The notes: a model not told the origin generated them from the sequence alone. A stretch of DNA of 64,000 bases from an uncultured Chloroflexia bacterium (GCA_963825525.1 CAWGTN010000002.1:896001-960000); one strand, 5' to 3'; positions 1-10,385 are shown, counted from the first letter of the stretch. A program made the numbers and translations.

Positions 1-1275
1 CTCGTCCACGGGGACATCGCGATGGCCGAGGGTGGCCTGCGCATCCCCATCGGACCCGGTGATCGAACCTGGCCGGAGCTGGCGGCAGGTGAGGTCGATC
101 ACCGCGAGATCGGCGAAACCTTGCCGGTGGACCTCGTCGCATTGGTTCGGGCGCACCTCGACGACGCGGTGCACGACTCGCTGCCGGCCGAGTCGTTCGA
201 CCTCTACGGCCGCCTCAATCGCGACGCCTCATTCAGCGCGACCGCCGGCATTGCGCACGTCCCGATCGTCAACCGCGCCGTCGTGCTCCTGTCGACCCTG
301 GCGACCGAGCGATTCAAGATCACGCCCCACCCAGCGTGGCCCGGCGGGCGTCGCGCCGCGGTCGGCCTCTCGCACGACGTCGACCTTCCCGAGCGATATG
401 CCATGGCGGGCGATCTGCTCCGACCCTGGCGGTTCCGGCACGCTCCGAGGACCCAGATGCTTGCCGCCCTGCGCCTGGCACGCGAGCGGCTCGTCGACCG
501 ATCCCCCGACGATCATTGGGCCTTCGATGAGCTTCTGGCCGCGGAGGAGAAGCTCGGCCTGCGATCCACGTTTCTGTTCAGCGTCACTCCCTACCACGCC
601 CGATTCGGATCGACGCTGGACCCGGCCTACGACGCCTCCGGTCCGCGGTATCGGCGGCTGTACGAGCGCCTCCGCTCCGGGGGCTGGGAGATCGGCCTGC
701 ACGCCAGCTACCGCGCCCACGAGGATCCACTCCGGCTGGTTGCCGAGCGCCATCGGCTTGGCGACCTGGCCGGGGGTGAGATCGCCGGACTCCGCCACCA
801 CTACTGGCAGCTCGGCCCGGACGTCGCGGCAACCCTGCGGGCGCACGAGGCTGCCGGCTTCGCCTACGACGCGTCGCTGGCATTCAACGACGCGCCGGGC
901 TATCGACGGGGAGCGGCACTTCCGTTTCATCCGTACGATGCCGAGATGCAACGCCCACTCACCACGCTGCAGCTGCCAACCACGCTCATGGACGGCAACC
1001 TGTTCTACCGGCCGACGGGCGTGGAGGCGGCCATCACGGCGGCCACCGACCAGGTCGAGGCCATCGCCGATCTCGGGGGTCTCGCCGTCATCGACTGGCA
1101 CGCTCACACGTCGGTCAGCTCGAATCGTCGGTTCCAGGACTGGGGATCGGCCTACGAGGGCATCCTCACCTGGCTCGGAAGCAGATCGGACCTGTGGGTC
1201 ACCACGTTGGGCGAGATTACCCAGTGGCGCGAGCGTCGATCGGCCGAGCTCCGAGCAGCGGCGGCGACCGGCTGA
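1..1275 (+). CDS. Polysaccharide deacetylase (CE4/NodB-like), probably 5'-truncated by the window edge
   Basis: SHDVD metal motif, EIGLHASY, GLRHHY and YDASLAF motifs. The frame is open from the window start, and its TGA overlaps the ATG of asnB. Confidence 0.75.
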   Translation, partial: LVHGDIAMAEGGLRIPIGPGDRTWPELAAGEVDHREIGETLPVDLVALVRAHLDDAVHDSLPAESFDLYGRLNRDASFSATAGIAHVPIVNRAVVLLSTLATERFKITPHPAWPGGRRAAVGLSHDVDLPERYAMAGDLLRPWRFRHAPRTQMLAALRLARERLVDRSPDDHWAFDELLAAEEKLGLRSTFLFSVTPYHARFGSTLDPAYDASGPRYRRLYERLRSGGWEIGLHASYRAHEDPLRLVAERHRLGDLAGGEIAGLRHHYWQLGPDVAATLRAHEAAGFAYDASLAFNDAPGYRRGAALPFHPYDAEMQRPLTTLQLPTTLMDGNLFYRPTGVEAAITAATDQVEAIADLGGLAVIDWHAHTSVSSNRRFQDWGSAYEGILTWLGSRSDLWVTTLGEITQWRERRSAELRAAAATG

Positions 1276-3188
1276 TGTGCGGGATCGCGGGCCTGGTCGC
1301 CCTCGACGGCCGGCCGATCGACGGGCGTGCCGCCGAACGAGCCCTTGACCGGCTGACGCACCGCGGGCCGAACGGCAGCGGCGTGCTCGTGGCCGGGCCG
1401 GTTGCGTTGGCGCATCGGCGGCTGAGCATCCTCGACCCGACGGATGCCGGCGCGCAGCCGATGACCCGACATGGGATCTCGCTGATCCACAACGGGGAGG
1501 TCTACAACTTCCTCGAGCTGGCGACGGAGCTCCGGGCACTGGGCGCCACCATCACGACGGCGACCGACACCGAGGTCGTGATCGAGGCGTACCGCGCTTG
1601 GGGCATCGACGCATTCGAGCGATTCAATGGCATGTGGGCCATGGCGCTCTGGGACGCACCCCGCCGTCGGCTCGTCCTTTCGCGCGACAGGCTCGGGATC
1701 AAGCCGCTCTACACGCGCCGATCGAGCCGATCGCTGGCCTGGGCGTCCGAGCCGCCGGCGCTCGTTGCGGCGTCGCCGCTCGATGACGGTGACGGCTGGC
1801 GTCCCGAACCATACGCGCCGGTCGTGCGCGACTTCCTGGTTCGGGGCCTCGTCGATCACCGCGACACGGGATTCATCGACGGAATCGAGTCGGTGCCGGC
1901 CGGACACCACCTGGTGATCGAGAACGGACACGTCGAGGTGCGCCGCTACTGGGATCCGCCGCCACTCGCGGACGACGACTCGCCTCGCGCGGGGCCGCAC
2001 GACGGCCGGCTGGTCGAGGAGTTCGGCGCCTGCCTGGCGGATGCGGTCCGCCTGCGCCTTCGCTCCGACGTCCCGCTGGGCAGCTGCCTGTCGGGAGGGC
2101 TGGACTCGAGTGCCATCGTGCAGACGGTCGCCAACCATCTCGCCGCCGGCGCGGGCGACCGCGAGCAGATCCCCCGCTTCGCCTTCCACGCGCGATTCCC
2201 CGACCAGGGAGTTGACGAGTCTGGATACGCGAGGATCGTCGCGGAGCAGGCCGATGTGGCCCTCGTCATGGCCGATGAGCCTGGCGCCCTCTTCTCGGCG
2301 GCGGAGACTGTCATGGCATTCCAGGGAGAGCCGTTCGCCTCGAGCTCGATCATCGCCCAGCACCAGGTCATGCGCGCGGCTGCGACGGCGGGGGTCACCG
2401 TCCTCCTCGACGGCCAGGGTGCGGACGAGCTGCTCGGCGGCTACCCCCGTTACCTGGGCTACCGCGCCGCGGCACTTGCGACACGCCATCCGCTGGAGGC
2501 CGCCGCGGAGCTCCGGGCGAGCGTCGCCCACGGGACGGTCGATGCCTCAACGGCCATGCTCGGTCTCGCGCGCGGCCTCTTCGGCGATGGGGCACGAGAG
2601 CTCGTGCGAGGAGCGTCCGGGGGACGATTCGGGATGCAGCTCGGCCCGACGCTGGGCCACGTGCCGACCGCGCACGTCGTGCACTCGGAGCCTGGCACGG
2701 CCCTGGCCCGACGCCTGTGGCAGGACATCCGCCACGAGGGACTTCCCGCGTTGCTGCGCTACGAGGACAGAAACAGCATGGCGTTCGGCATTGAGGCCCG
2801 CGTGCCGTTCCTGGACTACCGCCTCGTCGAATTCTCGTGCCGGCTCCCCGACCGCCTGCGGGTTGGAGGTGGGGTCACCAAGGTGATCCTGCGTCAGGCG
2901 ATGCGCGGGATCCTCCCCGACAAGATCGTGGATCGTCGCGACAAGATGGGGTTCGTCACGCCGCAGTCGAGCTGGACCCGCGACGCACAGGACGAGATCG
3001 CTCGAACGATCCGCGGAGGAGGCGCCGTTTCGCGGGGCTGGGTCACGGCCCGCGAGGTCGAACGGCTTGTCGCCGCCGCGGCCGGCGGCGGAAGCGCGAA
3101 CGAACAGGTGTGGCGGCTTTTCGTGACCGAGCTGTGGCTCGCTCAGCTCGAGCGATCGGCTTCGGGTCAGCCTTCACCTGGGTCATGA
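1275..3188 (+). CDS. asnB: Asparagine synthase-like glutamine amidotransferase (polysaccharide-locus type)
   Basis: N-terminal MCGIAG, HRGP, HRRLSILD, NGEVYNF, LSGGLDSS, GQGADELLGGY, EARVPFLD, KMGFVTP. Confidence 0.95.
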   Translation: MCGIAGLVALDGRPIDGRAAERALDRLTHRGPNGSGVLVAGPVALAHRRLSILDPTDAGAQPMTRHGISLIHNGEVYNFLELATELRALGATITTATDTEVVIEAYRAWGIDAFERFNGMWAMALWDAPRRRLVLSRDRLGIKPLYTRRSSRSLAWASEPPALVAASPLDDGDGWRPEPYAPVVRDFLVRGLVDHRDTGFIDGIESVPAGHHLVIENGHVEVRRYWDPPPLADDDSPRAGPHDGRLVEEFGACLADAVRLRLRSDVPLGSCLSGGLDSSAIVQTVANHLAAGAGDREQIPRFAFHARFPDQGVDESGYARIVAEQADVALVMADEPGALFSAAETVMAFQGEPFASSSIIAQHQVMRAAATAGVTVLLDGQGADELLGGYPRYLGYRAAALATRHPLEAAAELRASVAHGTVDASTAMLGLARGLFGDGARELVRGASGGRFGMQLGPTLGHVPTAHVVHSEPGTALARRLWQDIRHEGLPALLRYEDRNSMAFGIEARVPFLDYRLVEFSCRLPDRLRVGGGVTKVILRQAMRGILPDKIVDRRDKMGFVTPQSSWTRDAQDEIARTIRGGGAVSRGWVTAREVERLVAAAAGGGSANEQVWRLFVTELWLAQLERSASGQPSPGS

Positions 3189-3228
3189 GCAACCCTGCTC
3201 AGAACACACGAACACCGGAGACCAACGC

Positions 3229-4422
3229 TTGACCATTCGATCATCGGTCCGCAGCCTCCTCGCCACCGGGGCCTGGCGACCCGCGAGCGCTCGCCTTCTG
3301 CTCCGCGATCGGCGCACGTCGAGACCCCCGATCGGCACGGATCAGGCCCACCTGGCTGGCGCCGCAGCCTGGCTCGCTCGAGCTCAGGACGCGCGGTCGG
3401 ACGGCGGCATCAGCGGACGGTACTTCCTCTCGACAGGATGGAGCGCGTCGTACCCGGAAACCACGGGCTACATCATCCCCACGTTCCTGGCACTGGCCGA
3501 CGAGCTCGACGATTCGGCGTGGCGGACGCGTGCCGAACGTGCGCTGCGTTTCCTCCTGGCGCTTCAACTGCCCGACGGCGCGTTCCCGGGGGGGGAAATC
3601 GACGAGAACACCACGGCACCGTCGGTCTTCAACACCGGGCAGATCCTGAACGGGCTCGTCTCGTGGCACGAGGCAACCGGCGATCCGGAGGTGGCGACGG
3701 CCGCCCGGCGCGCAGGAGAGTGGCTGTGCAGCGTGCAGGAGGCCGATGGATCGTTCCGGCGACACACCTACCTCGATGTCGCCGCCACGTACCACGCACA
3801 CGCAACCTGCTGGCTGGCTGACGCGTCGATCGCACTGGATGACGAGCCGATGCGGAGGGCCGTCCGGCGCCATGTGGCCTGGTGCCTCGAACAGTACGAT
3901 CCGGCCGCGCGCTGGCTCGACCGCTCGGGGTTCACCGCGGCGGACCAGGCAGCACGCCGATCCGTGACCCACACGTTCGCGTATGCCCTGTTCGGCATCC
4001 TCCACGCATCACAGCAACTGGGCATCACGGAGGGCGTGGCCATGGTGACCGATGTGGCAGGCCGAGCCGCGGAGCTCACGGTCGAGCGCGGGACGCTGCC
4101 GGGTCATGTCGACGCCGAGTGGGCCGCGACCGATCGATACACCTGCCTGACCGGGAGCGTCCAGATGGCGCTGGTCTGGCAGCGGTTGGCCGAGCTCCAG
4201 CCGAGCGACACCCTGCGCCGAGCGACCGACATCGCCATCGACGAGGTCAAGGCCTCGCAGCCGATGCGGAGCGCGGACCCCGGACTCCGCGGTGGCGTGC
4301 CCGGCTCGCGCCCGATCTGGGGACCCTACATCCCGCTGGCACTGCCGAACTGGGCAGCGAAGTTCCTCATCGATGCACTGGTGGTCCGCCAGGGTGGCCG
4401 TCAGCCAGGTCGAATGGGCTGA
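3229..4422 (+). CDS. Uncharacterised alpha/alpha-barrel (prenyltransferase/squalene-cyclase-repeat-like) protein of polysaccharide loci
   Basis: QW-like repeats (LLALQLPDGAF, WLCSVQEADGSF), SYPETTGYIIPT, FNTGQIL and C-terminal PNWAAKFLIDAL. The start is uncertain (TTG 3229, or ATG 3185 with a frameshift). Confidence 0.65.
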   Translation: MTIRSSVRSLLATGAWRPASARLLLRDRRTSRPPIGTDQAHLAGAAAWLARAQDARSDGGISGRYFLSTGWSASYPETTGYIIPTFLALADELDDSAWRTRAERALRFLLALQLPDGAFPGGEIDENTTAPSVFNTGQILNGLVSWHEATGDPEVATAARRAGEWLCSVQEADGSFRRHTYLDVAATYHAHATCWLADASIALDDEPMRRAVRRHVAWCLEQYDPAARWLDRSGFTAADQAARRSVTHTFAYALFGILHASQQLGITEGVAMVTDVAGRAAELTVERGTLPGHVDAEWAATDRYTCLTGSVQMALVWQRLAELQPSDTLRRATDIAIDEVKASQPMRSADPGLRGGVPGSRPIWGPYIPLALPNWAAKFLIDALVVRQGGRQPGRMG

Positions 4423-5148
4423 TCAGGCCGGTCGTCGAGCGACGATCGCCACCCGGGCACCTGGCCCGGACCGGACCACGTTGACCTCGGCGCCCGCGTC
4501 GCGAAGCGTGGATGCCACGTCCTCGGCCCGTGGATACCGGGCAACCAGGTAGAAGCGCGGCACCAGGGGAATGCGGAGGTATCGGGTGATCGCTTTCCGG
4601 ATCTCCATCCGGCGACCCGGGCGGCTCGCCGCATCCTGGTCGAAGATCGCGAGCGTGCCACCGCTGCCGAGCCGACGGTACAGCGCGCGGACACCGTCCT
4701 GCTGGAGGGAGCGCGGCAGCTGCTGGATCACGTCATAGGCGTAGATCAATCCAAATTCCGGCGCGCCGGGAAACTCGTACGGCTCCGATGAGAGAAGGTC
4801 GCCGACGCGGAGGTGCTCGGCCGGCAGCTCCGGGCCGATGACGTCGGCTGCCAGGCTGACCATCTCCGGGGTGAGGTCGAATCCGTACCGGCGCTGCGGT
4901 GAGTGTCCAGCCCGCGCGAGGAGCTCCCCCACCAGGTGCAGCCAGTCACCGACTCCACAGCCGGCCTCGAGCACCGCCGCTCCGGGGGCCAGGTTCTCGA
5001 TCAGCGGCGCCAACGTCACCGAGACGAAGTTACGGTCGTCGTCGGAGTGGCGAAAGCGGGCGGAGTAGACGCCGGCGTCGACCATGCGCGCGTACGTGGC
5101 ACGGACGCCACCTTGCCAGCCGGCGCCATCGGGCGCCGCCGCGCTCAC
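4423..5148 (-). CDS. Class I SAM-dependent methyltransferase
   Basis: VLEAGCGVG motif I, YGFDLTPEMV, LGSGGTLAIFD. The GTG at 5148 overlaps the upstream TGA (GTGA). Confidence 0.85.
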   Translation of the reverse strand: MSAAAPDGAGWQGGVRATYARMVDAGVYSARFRHSDDDRNFVSVTLAPLIENLAPGAAVLEAGCGVGDWLHLVGELLARAGHSPQRRYGFDLTPEMVSLAADVIGPELPAEHLRVGDLLSSEPYEFPGAPEFGLIYAYDVIQQLPRSLQQDGVRALYRRLGSGGTLAIFDQDAASRPGRRMEIRKAITRYLRIPLVPRFYLVARYPRAEDVASTLRDAGAEVNVVRSGPGARVAIVARRPA

Positions 5149-6542
5149 CGACCCAGGACGTTGTTGTTCGGCGAGTTCCCGCTGACGGCCACGTTGACGG
5201 CGCTGCTCCACACCTCGATGTTAGCTTGGCGGTTCCCCGAGAAGGCATTGTTGCGAATCGTGACGCCGTTGGCGGACGAGGCCACGATGACGCCCCAGTA
5301 GCCATTCCGAATCACGTTGCCCTCGATCAGGACGTTGCGCGGGCCGGGATCGTGGTACAGGTGGATCGCACCTCCACTCAGGCCGCCCGCGTCGAGGACG
5401 TTGTTGCGGATCGTGATGTTGTACGGGGACGCGCCGGGATAGATGAGGTGCTCGATCGGCGTCGCCGAGGTGCCGCGGTTGCCCGCCATGACCAGGTTCT
5501 GGAGCACGATGTCGTGCGAGCCGCCGATCAACAGCAGGATCCCGTTCTGGACCGGATGGTAGTTCTGGACTCGGAGGCCATCCACGATGATGTTGTGGAT
5601 CTGGTCGTAGAAGATCAGGAACTGCTCCTGCGCGTTTCCACCGTCGAACACCGGGACCTCGCCAGGGTAAGCGGCGAACCAGATCGGTGCCCCTGGGGTT
5701 CCGGAGGCACCGGCGCTCCACGAATAGCCGCCCTGCCCGTAGTAGACGCCGCCGCGGGCATACAGCGTGTCGCCCGGCTGGAGGAACTTCGATGCGTGGC
5801 CGTAGGTCAGCCACGGCGAGGCGATCGTCCCCGCGCCGCCGTCGGAGCCGTTGGGAGCCATGACGAAGACCCGGCCGGTGCCCTTGGCAACGGGCGCCGG
5901 CGGCGCGGGTGCGACCGGGGCCGCCGTCACGACCGGCGCGGCCGTCGGGGCAAGAGGAGCGGCGGTGACCACCGGTGCCACGGTGGGGACCGGAGTTGGG
6001 CTCGGCGTTGCGGGCGGACGTGGCGACGGGGTGGTGAGCTCGGGTGTCGCGGTCGGCGCCGCCGTCGGAGTGTTCGAGGCCACGATGCTCGAGAGCTTCC
6101 GAGGCTCGACGCGGATGCTGGTCCGTGCAATCTCACGGACTGGGCGCCCGGCTGCGTCGAGCTCCACGGCGACCACGCGATGCCGTCCGTTCTTCATGGT
6201 CGCCGGAATGGTCAGCTGGACGGCGAACCGCCCACTCGGCGCGACCTGGTAGGCGATCGTCTGCCGATCGAGCACGATCCTGCCGCGAGCACCAGGTGAA
6301 AAGTCGTTGCCGGTGACCGTGATCGTGGCTCCCGCCACCGTCGTGCCCGGGGCAGCGAGTGTTGGCTGCGCCGCGCGCACGAGCAGAGTCGGGACGACGA
6401 GGGCCGGGATGAGGAGCACCATGACCAGGGTCGCAAGCCAGGCGGCGACCGGATTCGAGCGAGAGATCGGACGGGCCGGTCGGGGCTGCGGAGCCTTCGG
6501 GCGGGGGTATCGGCTCGAAAGCGGAGTGGACTTGTACCTCAC
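5145..6542 (-). CDS. Exported/membrane-anchored protein: Ig-like domain, Pro/Thr linker, right-handed beta-helix (pectin-lyase-like) domain
   Basis: Hydrophobic N-terminal segment and PTA-rich linker. FVMAPNGSD..GTIASPW..LQPGDTLYARGGVY is followed by repeated (N)ITIRNN/VLIEGN beta-helix rungs. Confidence 0.8.
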   Translation of the reverse strand: MRYKSTPLSSRYPRPKAPQPRPARPISRSNPVAAWLATLVMVLLIPALVVPTLLVRAAQPTLAAPGTTVAGATITVTGNDFSPGARGRIVLDRQTIAYQVAPSGRFAVQLTIPATMKNGRHRVVAVELDAAGRPVREIARTSIRVEPRKLSSIVASNTPTAAPTATPELTTPSPRPPATPSPTPVPTVAPVVTAAPLAPTAAPVVTAAPVAPAPPAPVAKGTGRVFVMAPNGSDGGAGTIASPWLTYGHASKFLQPGDTLYARGGVYYGQGGYSWSAGASGTPGAPIWFAAYPGEVPVFDGGNAQEQFLIFYDQIHNIIVDGLRVQNYHPVQNGILLLIGGSHDIVLQNLVMAGNRGTSATPIEHLIYPGASPYNITIRNNVLDAGGLSGGAIHLYHDPGPRNVLIEGNVIRNGYWGVIVASSANGVTIRNNAFSGNRQANIEVWSSAVNVAVSGNSPNNNVLGR

Positions 6543-6688
6543 GGAGTGGGCACCCTCTGGTGAGTGGGTTTGCGCGGGAGTGCGAACACCACCTACCGTA
6601 GGGAAGCCCGGCCCGTCGGTCTACGAGCCTTATCGTCCGGGTGTCGTCCTAGTACCGGGTCCCAGTGAATGCGCGCGGAGATGGCGAT

Positions 6689-8005
6689 GTGAAGGTTCTT
6701 GTCTGGGGTATGGGTTACGTCGGTTCGGTCACGGCAGCGGCATTGGCCAGCCGAGGCCATGACGTCGTGGGCATCGAGACAAATGGCGCCAAGGTCGACT
6801 CGATCAATGCCGGGAGGAGCCCCGTCGCGGAGCCGGGCCTCCCCGAATTGCTCGGTGCTCAGGTTAGCGCCGGGCGTCTTCGCGCGTCGGGTGACGCTGC
6901 GACGGAGCTCGCCGATGCCGACATTTCGCTGATCTGCGTCGGGACGCCGACCGGCCCGGATGGCACCCCCGATCTCTCGCACATCGGGGCGGTTGCCAGC
7001 GAGATCGGTCGCTGCCTCGCCGGCACAACCGGCCGCCACGTGGTCGTCATGCGCAGCACCGTCCCGCCCGGAACGGCACGCGGCATGGTGCGAGAGTGGA
7101 TCGAGACCGCATCCGGACGTACTGCCGGCGACGGGTTCGGCCTCGCGGTGAACCCGGAGTTCCTGCGTGAGGCGACCGCACTCGCCGACTTCGATCGGCC
7201 CGCCATGACCGTCATCGGCGCGCTCGACGACGCGTCGTTCGAGACCGTGGAAGCGCTGTTCGCCGGGATCGACGCGCCGGTGCGGCGGATGTCGCTCGAG
7301 GAGGCGGAGCTCCTCAAGCTGACGAACAACGCCTTCCACGCCCTCAAGGTCGGATTCGCGAACGAGGTCGGGCGCCTCTGCGACCGGCTCGGAATCGACA
7401 GCCACGTGTTGATGGGAGCGCTGGTGGCCGACACCCGGCTCAACATCTCGCCGGCGTACCTGATGCCCGGCTTCGCGTTCGGTGGATCGTGCCTCCCCAA
7501 GGACCTGCGCAGCATGGGCCATCAGCTGCGCATGGCAGGGGTGCGCGCGCCGATCCTGGACGGACTGCTCGCCAGCAATCACCAGCAGGTGGAGGAGGCA
7601 CTGCGCAAGGTGCACGCCAGCGGCGCGCGCCGCATCGCCGTCCTGGGGCTTGCCTTCAAGGCAGGGACCGATGACCTGCGCGAGAGCCCGATGGTGGCCC
7701 TCGTCGACTCCCTGTGGCGCGATGGATACACGGTCGGCGTCTTCGATCCTGATGTCGATCTTGACGCCATGATCGGCACGAACCGAGAGTTCGTGGAGCG
7801 ACAGCTGCCGCAGATCGCTGAGATCCTGCGTCCCAGCCTGGCCGAAGCCCTCTCGGGAGCGGAGCTGGTGATCATCGGGCAGCGTCGGCCCACCTTCGCC
7901 GAGGCGATCGCGGGGCTCGAGGGGGTGTCGATCCTGGACCTCGTCCGCATCAGCTCGGATCGTGTGCCGCCCACGGTGTCGCCGTATGCCGGCCTTTCGT
8001 GGTGA
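6689..8005 (+). CDS. Nucleotide-sugar dehydrogenase, AlgD (GDP-mannose 6-dehydrogenase)-like
   Basis: GMGYVG Rossmann motif, ICVGTP, NPEFLRE, PGFAFGGSCLPKD (catalytic Cys), GLAFKAGTDDLRESP. GGAG precedes GTG 6689. Confidence 0.9.
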   Translation: MKVLVWGMGYVGSVTAAALASRGHDVVGIETNGAKVDSINAGRSPVAEPGLPELLGAQVSAGRLRASGDAATELADADISLICVGTPTGPDGTPDLSHIGAVASEIGRCLAGTTGRHVVVMRSTVPPGTARGMVREWIETASGRTAGDGFGLAVNPEFLREATALADFDRPAMTVIGALDDASFETVEALFAGIDAPVRRMSLEEAELLKLTNNAFHALKVGFANEVGRLCDRLGIDSHVLMGALVADTRLNISPAYLMPGFAFGGSCLPKDLRSMGHQLRMAGVRAPILDGLLASNHQQVEEALRKVHASGARRIAVLGLAFKAGTDDLRESPMVALVDSLWRDGYTVGVFDPDVDLDAMIGTNREFVERQLPQIAEILRPSLAEALSGAELVIIGQRRPTFAEAIAGLEGVSILDLVRISSDRVPPTVSPYAGLSW

Positions 8006-9270
8006 GCCGACGGCCGCGCTGGCTCATTCTCAGCCAGTACTACGCCCCCGAGCTGGGTGCACCGCAGATCCGTCTCGGGTCGCTCGTGCGCCAGCTCAAG
8101 CACCACGGGATCGATGTCAGCGTCCTGACGGCCATGCCCAACTACCCGGCGGGGCGTACGTTCGACGGCTATCAGAACCGGCTCGCGATGCGCGACGAGG
8201 TCGACGGAACGCCAGTGGTGCGCACCTGGCTGCTGCCGGGCGCCGGGCATTCCTCCCTTCTGCGCCTGGCGAACTACCTGAGCTTCACCGCGACCGCCAT
8301 GGTCGCCGCTGCCGCCGCTCGCCGACCTGACGTGCTGTTCGTCGAGAGCCAGCCGCTGTCACTCGGCCTCATCGGCGTGGCGATGAAGCGACTGCGCGGC
8401 GTGCCGTACGTCTACAACGTCCCAGACCTCCAGGTGGATGTCGCGCGCGAGCTGGGGTTCATCCGGAGCGATCGCATGCTGCAGGTCGCCAAGGAGATGG
8501 AGGACCTCTTCCTCCGTGAGGCGTGGAAGGTTGCCACCGTCACCGACGGCTTCGTCGAGCACTTCGCGGCACGCGGGATCCCGCGCGATCGGATCACGTT
8601 CCTACCGAATGGCGCCGACGCCGACTTCCTGCGCCCGATGCCGGCGGACCCCGAGCTCACCGCCCGCTGGGGCCTGGCCGGCAAGATCGTGTTCACCTAT
8701 GTCGGTACCCATGCGATCTACCATGGCCTCGATACGCTCGTGCGCGCCGCCGCCATCCTTCGCGAGCGAGACCCGCGCATCCACGTCCTGTTCATCGGCG
8801 ACGGTCCGGAGCGAGAGCCCCTCAAGCGCCTCGCCGCCGATCTGGGATTGGACAACGTCACGTTCGGTAGCTCGCCGTATGACGAGATGGCGCGCCTCTA
8901 CTCGCTGGCCCGGGGTTCGGTCGCCACCCTCCGGGACATGCCGGTGGCCGACGGCATGCGCCTGTCGAAAGTGTTTCCTGCGCTCAGCTGCGGCGTCCCG
9001 GTGGTCTACTCGGGGCGCGGAGAGGCCGCCAACCTGCTCGAGCGGGAAGGGTGCGGGCTGGTGACGCCTCCGGAGGATCCCGGCGCGCTGGCCGAGGCGA
9101 TGCTTCGCCTGGCGGAGGACGACGAGCTGCACGCGACGCTGTCAACGAGCGGTCGGGCGCTCGTGGAGCGTGAATTTGCCTGGAGCTCGATCGTCTCTCG
9201 CTGGCTCGAATCGCTCGGCTCGCCCTACGGGCCGGGCGGCGATCCCGAGATGCCCGCCAGCCGATCGTAG
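7999..9270 (+). CDS. Glycosyltransferase family 4 (WbuB-like)
   Basis: SQYYAPE, TAMPNYP, RLANYLSF, FLPNGAD, SKVFPALSCGVPVV. Overlaps the upstream gene. Confidence 0.9.
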   Translation: MVSRRPRWLILSQYYAPELGAPQIRLGSLVRQLKHHGIDVSVLTAMPNYPAGRTFDGYQNRLAMRDEVDGTPVVRTWLLPGAGHSSLLRLANYLSFTATAMVAAAAARRPDVLFVESQPLSLGLIGVAMKRLRGVPYVYNVPDLQVDVARELGFIRSDRMLQVAKEMEDLFLREAWKVATVTDGFVEHFAARGIPRDRITFLPNGADADFLRPMPADPELTARWGLAGKIVFTYVGTHAIYHGLDTLVRAAAILRERDPRIHVLFIGDGPEREPLKRLAADLGLDNVTFGSSPYDEMARLYSLARGSVATLRDMPVADGMRLSKVFPALSCGVPVVYSGRGEAANLLEREGCGLVTPPEDPGALAEAMLRLAEDDELHATLSTSGRALVEREFAWSSIVSRWLESLGSPYGPGGDPEMPASRS

Positions 9271-10385
9271 AGCTCAACCAGGCGCTGCCCCTCGGGCTGC
9301 CAGCTCCAACGACGGAGGACCGCGTCGCGCCCGCGTCTGCCCATGGCCTCGGCTTCGGCGGGATCGTCGAGCAGGGTGTCGATCGCGGCCGCGATCGACG
9401 CGGGGTCGAGAGGATCCACGAGTAGTCCACATCCGGCGTCATCGACGATCGACCGCCACAGCGGAAAGTCGGATGCGATGACCGGCAGCCCCGCGGCCAT
9501 GTACTCGAAGAGCTTCACCGGATAGCTCTCCACGTAGGACGGCGTCGGGTGCAGGCAGACCAGGCCGAGGCGTGCCCCGCCGAGCAGACGAGCGACGCCC
9601 AGCCGATCCTGCCAGCCCAGCGGGTCCACGCGTGCCCAGCCGGGCAACGATTCGAGCTCATCACGGAGCGACGACGGTGAGAAATCCCCCGCGATGCGAA
9701 GTCTCGCGGTCGATGCTCCGACGGCATCCATGGCCTCGATCATCTCGCGCGCGCCGCGAGGCGCACTCACGTTACCCACGTAGGCGGCGATCCTGTCGCG
9801 ATCCACGTACGCCATCGCCTCGCCGGCGGCCGCGAACTCCTCGCTGCGCGCCAGGTTGCGGATCACCACCGTGCGGTCTGACGGGAAGTGGGCGGCCACC
9901 GGCGGCGTGGCCGCCACCACCGCCGACAGCTGTCGAGCCACCAGGCGCTCGACACCCGAGGCAAGGCGTGCGACCCCGGGCCGCAGCCATCGCGGAATCC
10001 ACGGCTTGTGGCGCACCTGGTTTCCGAGATCCTCGTGGGCGTCGTAGATCACTGCCCGACCCCGGTGCCGGAGGAGCAGGCCGATGGGCAGAAGCTCGGG
10101 GTCGTGGAGGTGATAGATCGCAGCGTCCTGCTGACGCGCCGCCCGGAGGACGGCGGGCACCGTGCGAAGCAGGCGGCTGAACCGACCGGAGCGTCGCGGA
10201 ACCGTCACGTGGCGGACTCCGGAGGCGGTATCGACGAGCGGCGTGGGAGCGATGAGCCGTACGTCGTACCCAGCCTCGGCCAGCGTCGCGCATTCCTTGG
10301 CCAGGATTCGCGGGTCATCGGCCCGGTGGACCGAGCTGAGGTGGCAGACGCGAACCGCAGCACGACGAGGCCCTTCAGGCGTCAT
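9225..10385 (-). CDS. Glycosyltransferase family 4
   Basis: HLSSVHRADDPRI, YHLHDPEL, YDAHED, PVKLFEYMAAGLPVIASDFP. Confidence 0.92.
   Translation of the reverse strand: MTPEGPRRAAVRVCHLSSVHRADDPRILAKECATLAEAGYDVRLIAPTPLVDTASGVRHVTVPRRSGRFSRLLRTVPAVLRAARQQDAAIYHLHDPELLPIGLLLRHRGRAVIYDAHEDLGNQVRHKPWIPRWLRPGVARLASGVERLVARQLSAVVAATPPVAAHFPSDRTVVIRNLARSEEFAAAGEAMAYVDRDRIAAYVGNVSAPRGAREMIEAMDAVGASTARLRIAGDFSPSSLRDELESLPGWARVDPLGWQDRLGVARLLGGARLGLVCLHPTPSYVESYPVKLFEYMAAGLPVIASDFPLWRSIVDDAGCGLLVDPLDPASIAAAIDTLLDDPAEAEAMGRRGRDAVLRRWSWQPEGQRLVELYDRLAGISGSPPGP

Noticed and set aside
3229-4422. Squalene-hopene cyclase or lanthipeptide cyclase; asnB as a lasso cyclase
   Set aside because: No DxDD motif, no precursor peptide, peptidase or RRE gene. 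The AsnB has an intact N-terminal Cys glutaminase domain and the context is polysaccharide biosynthesis.
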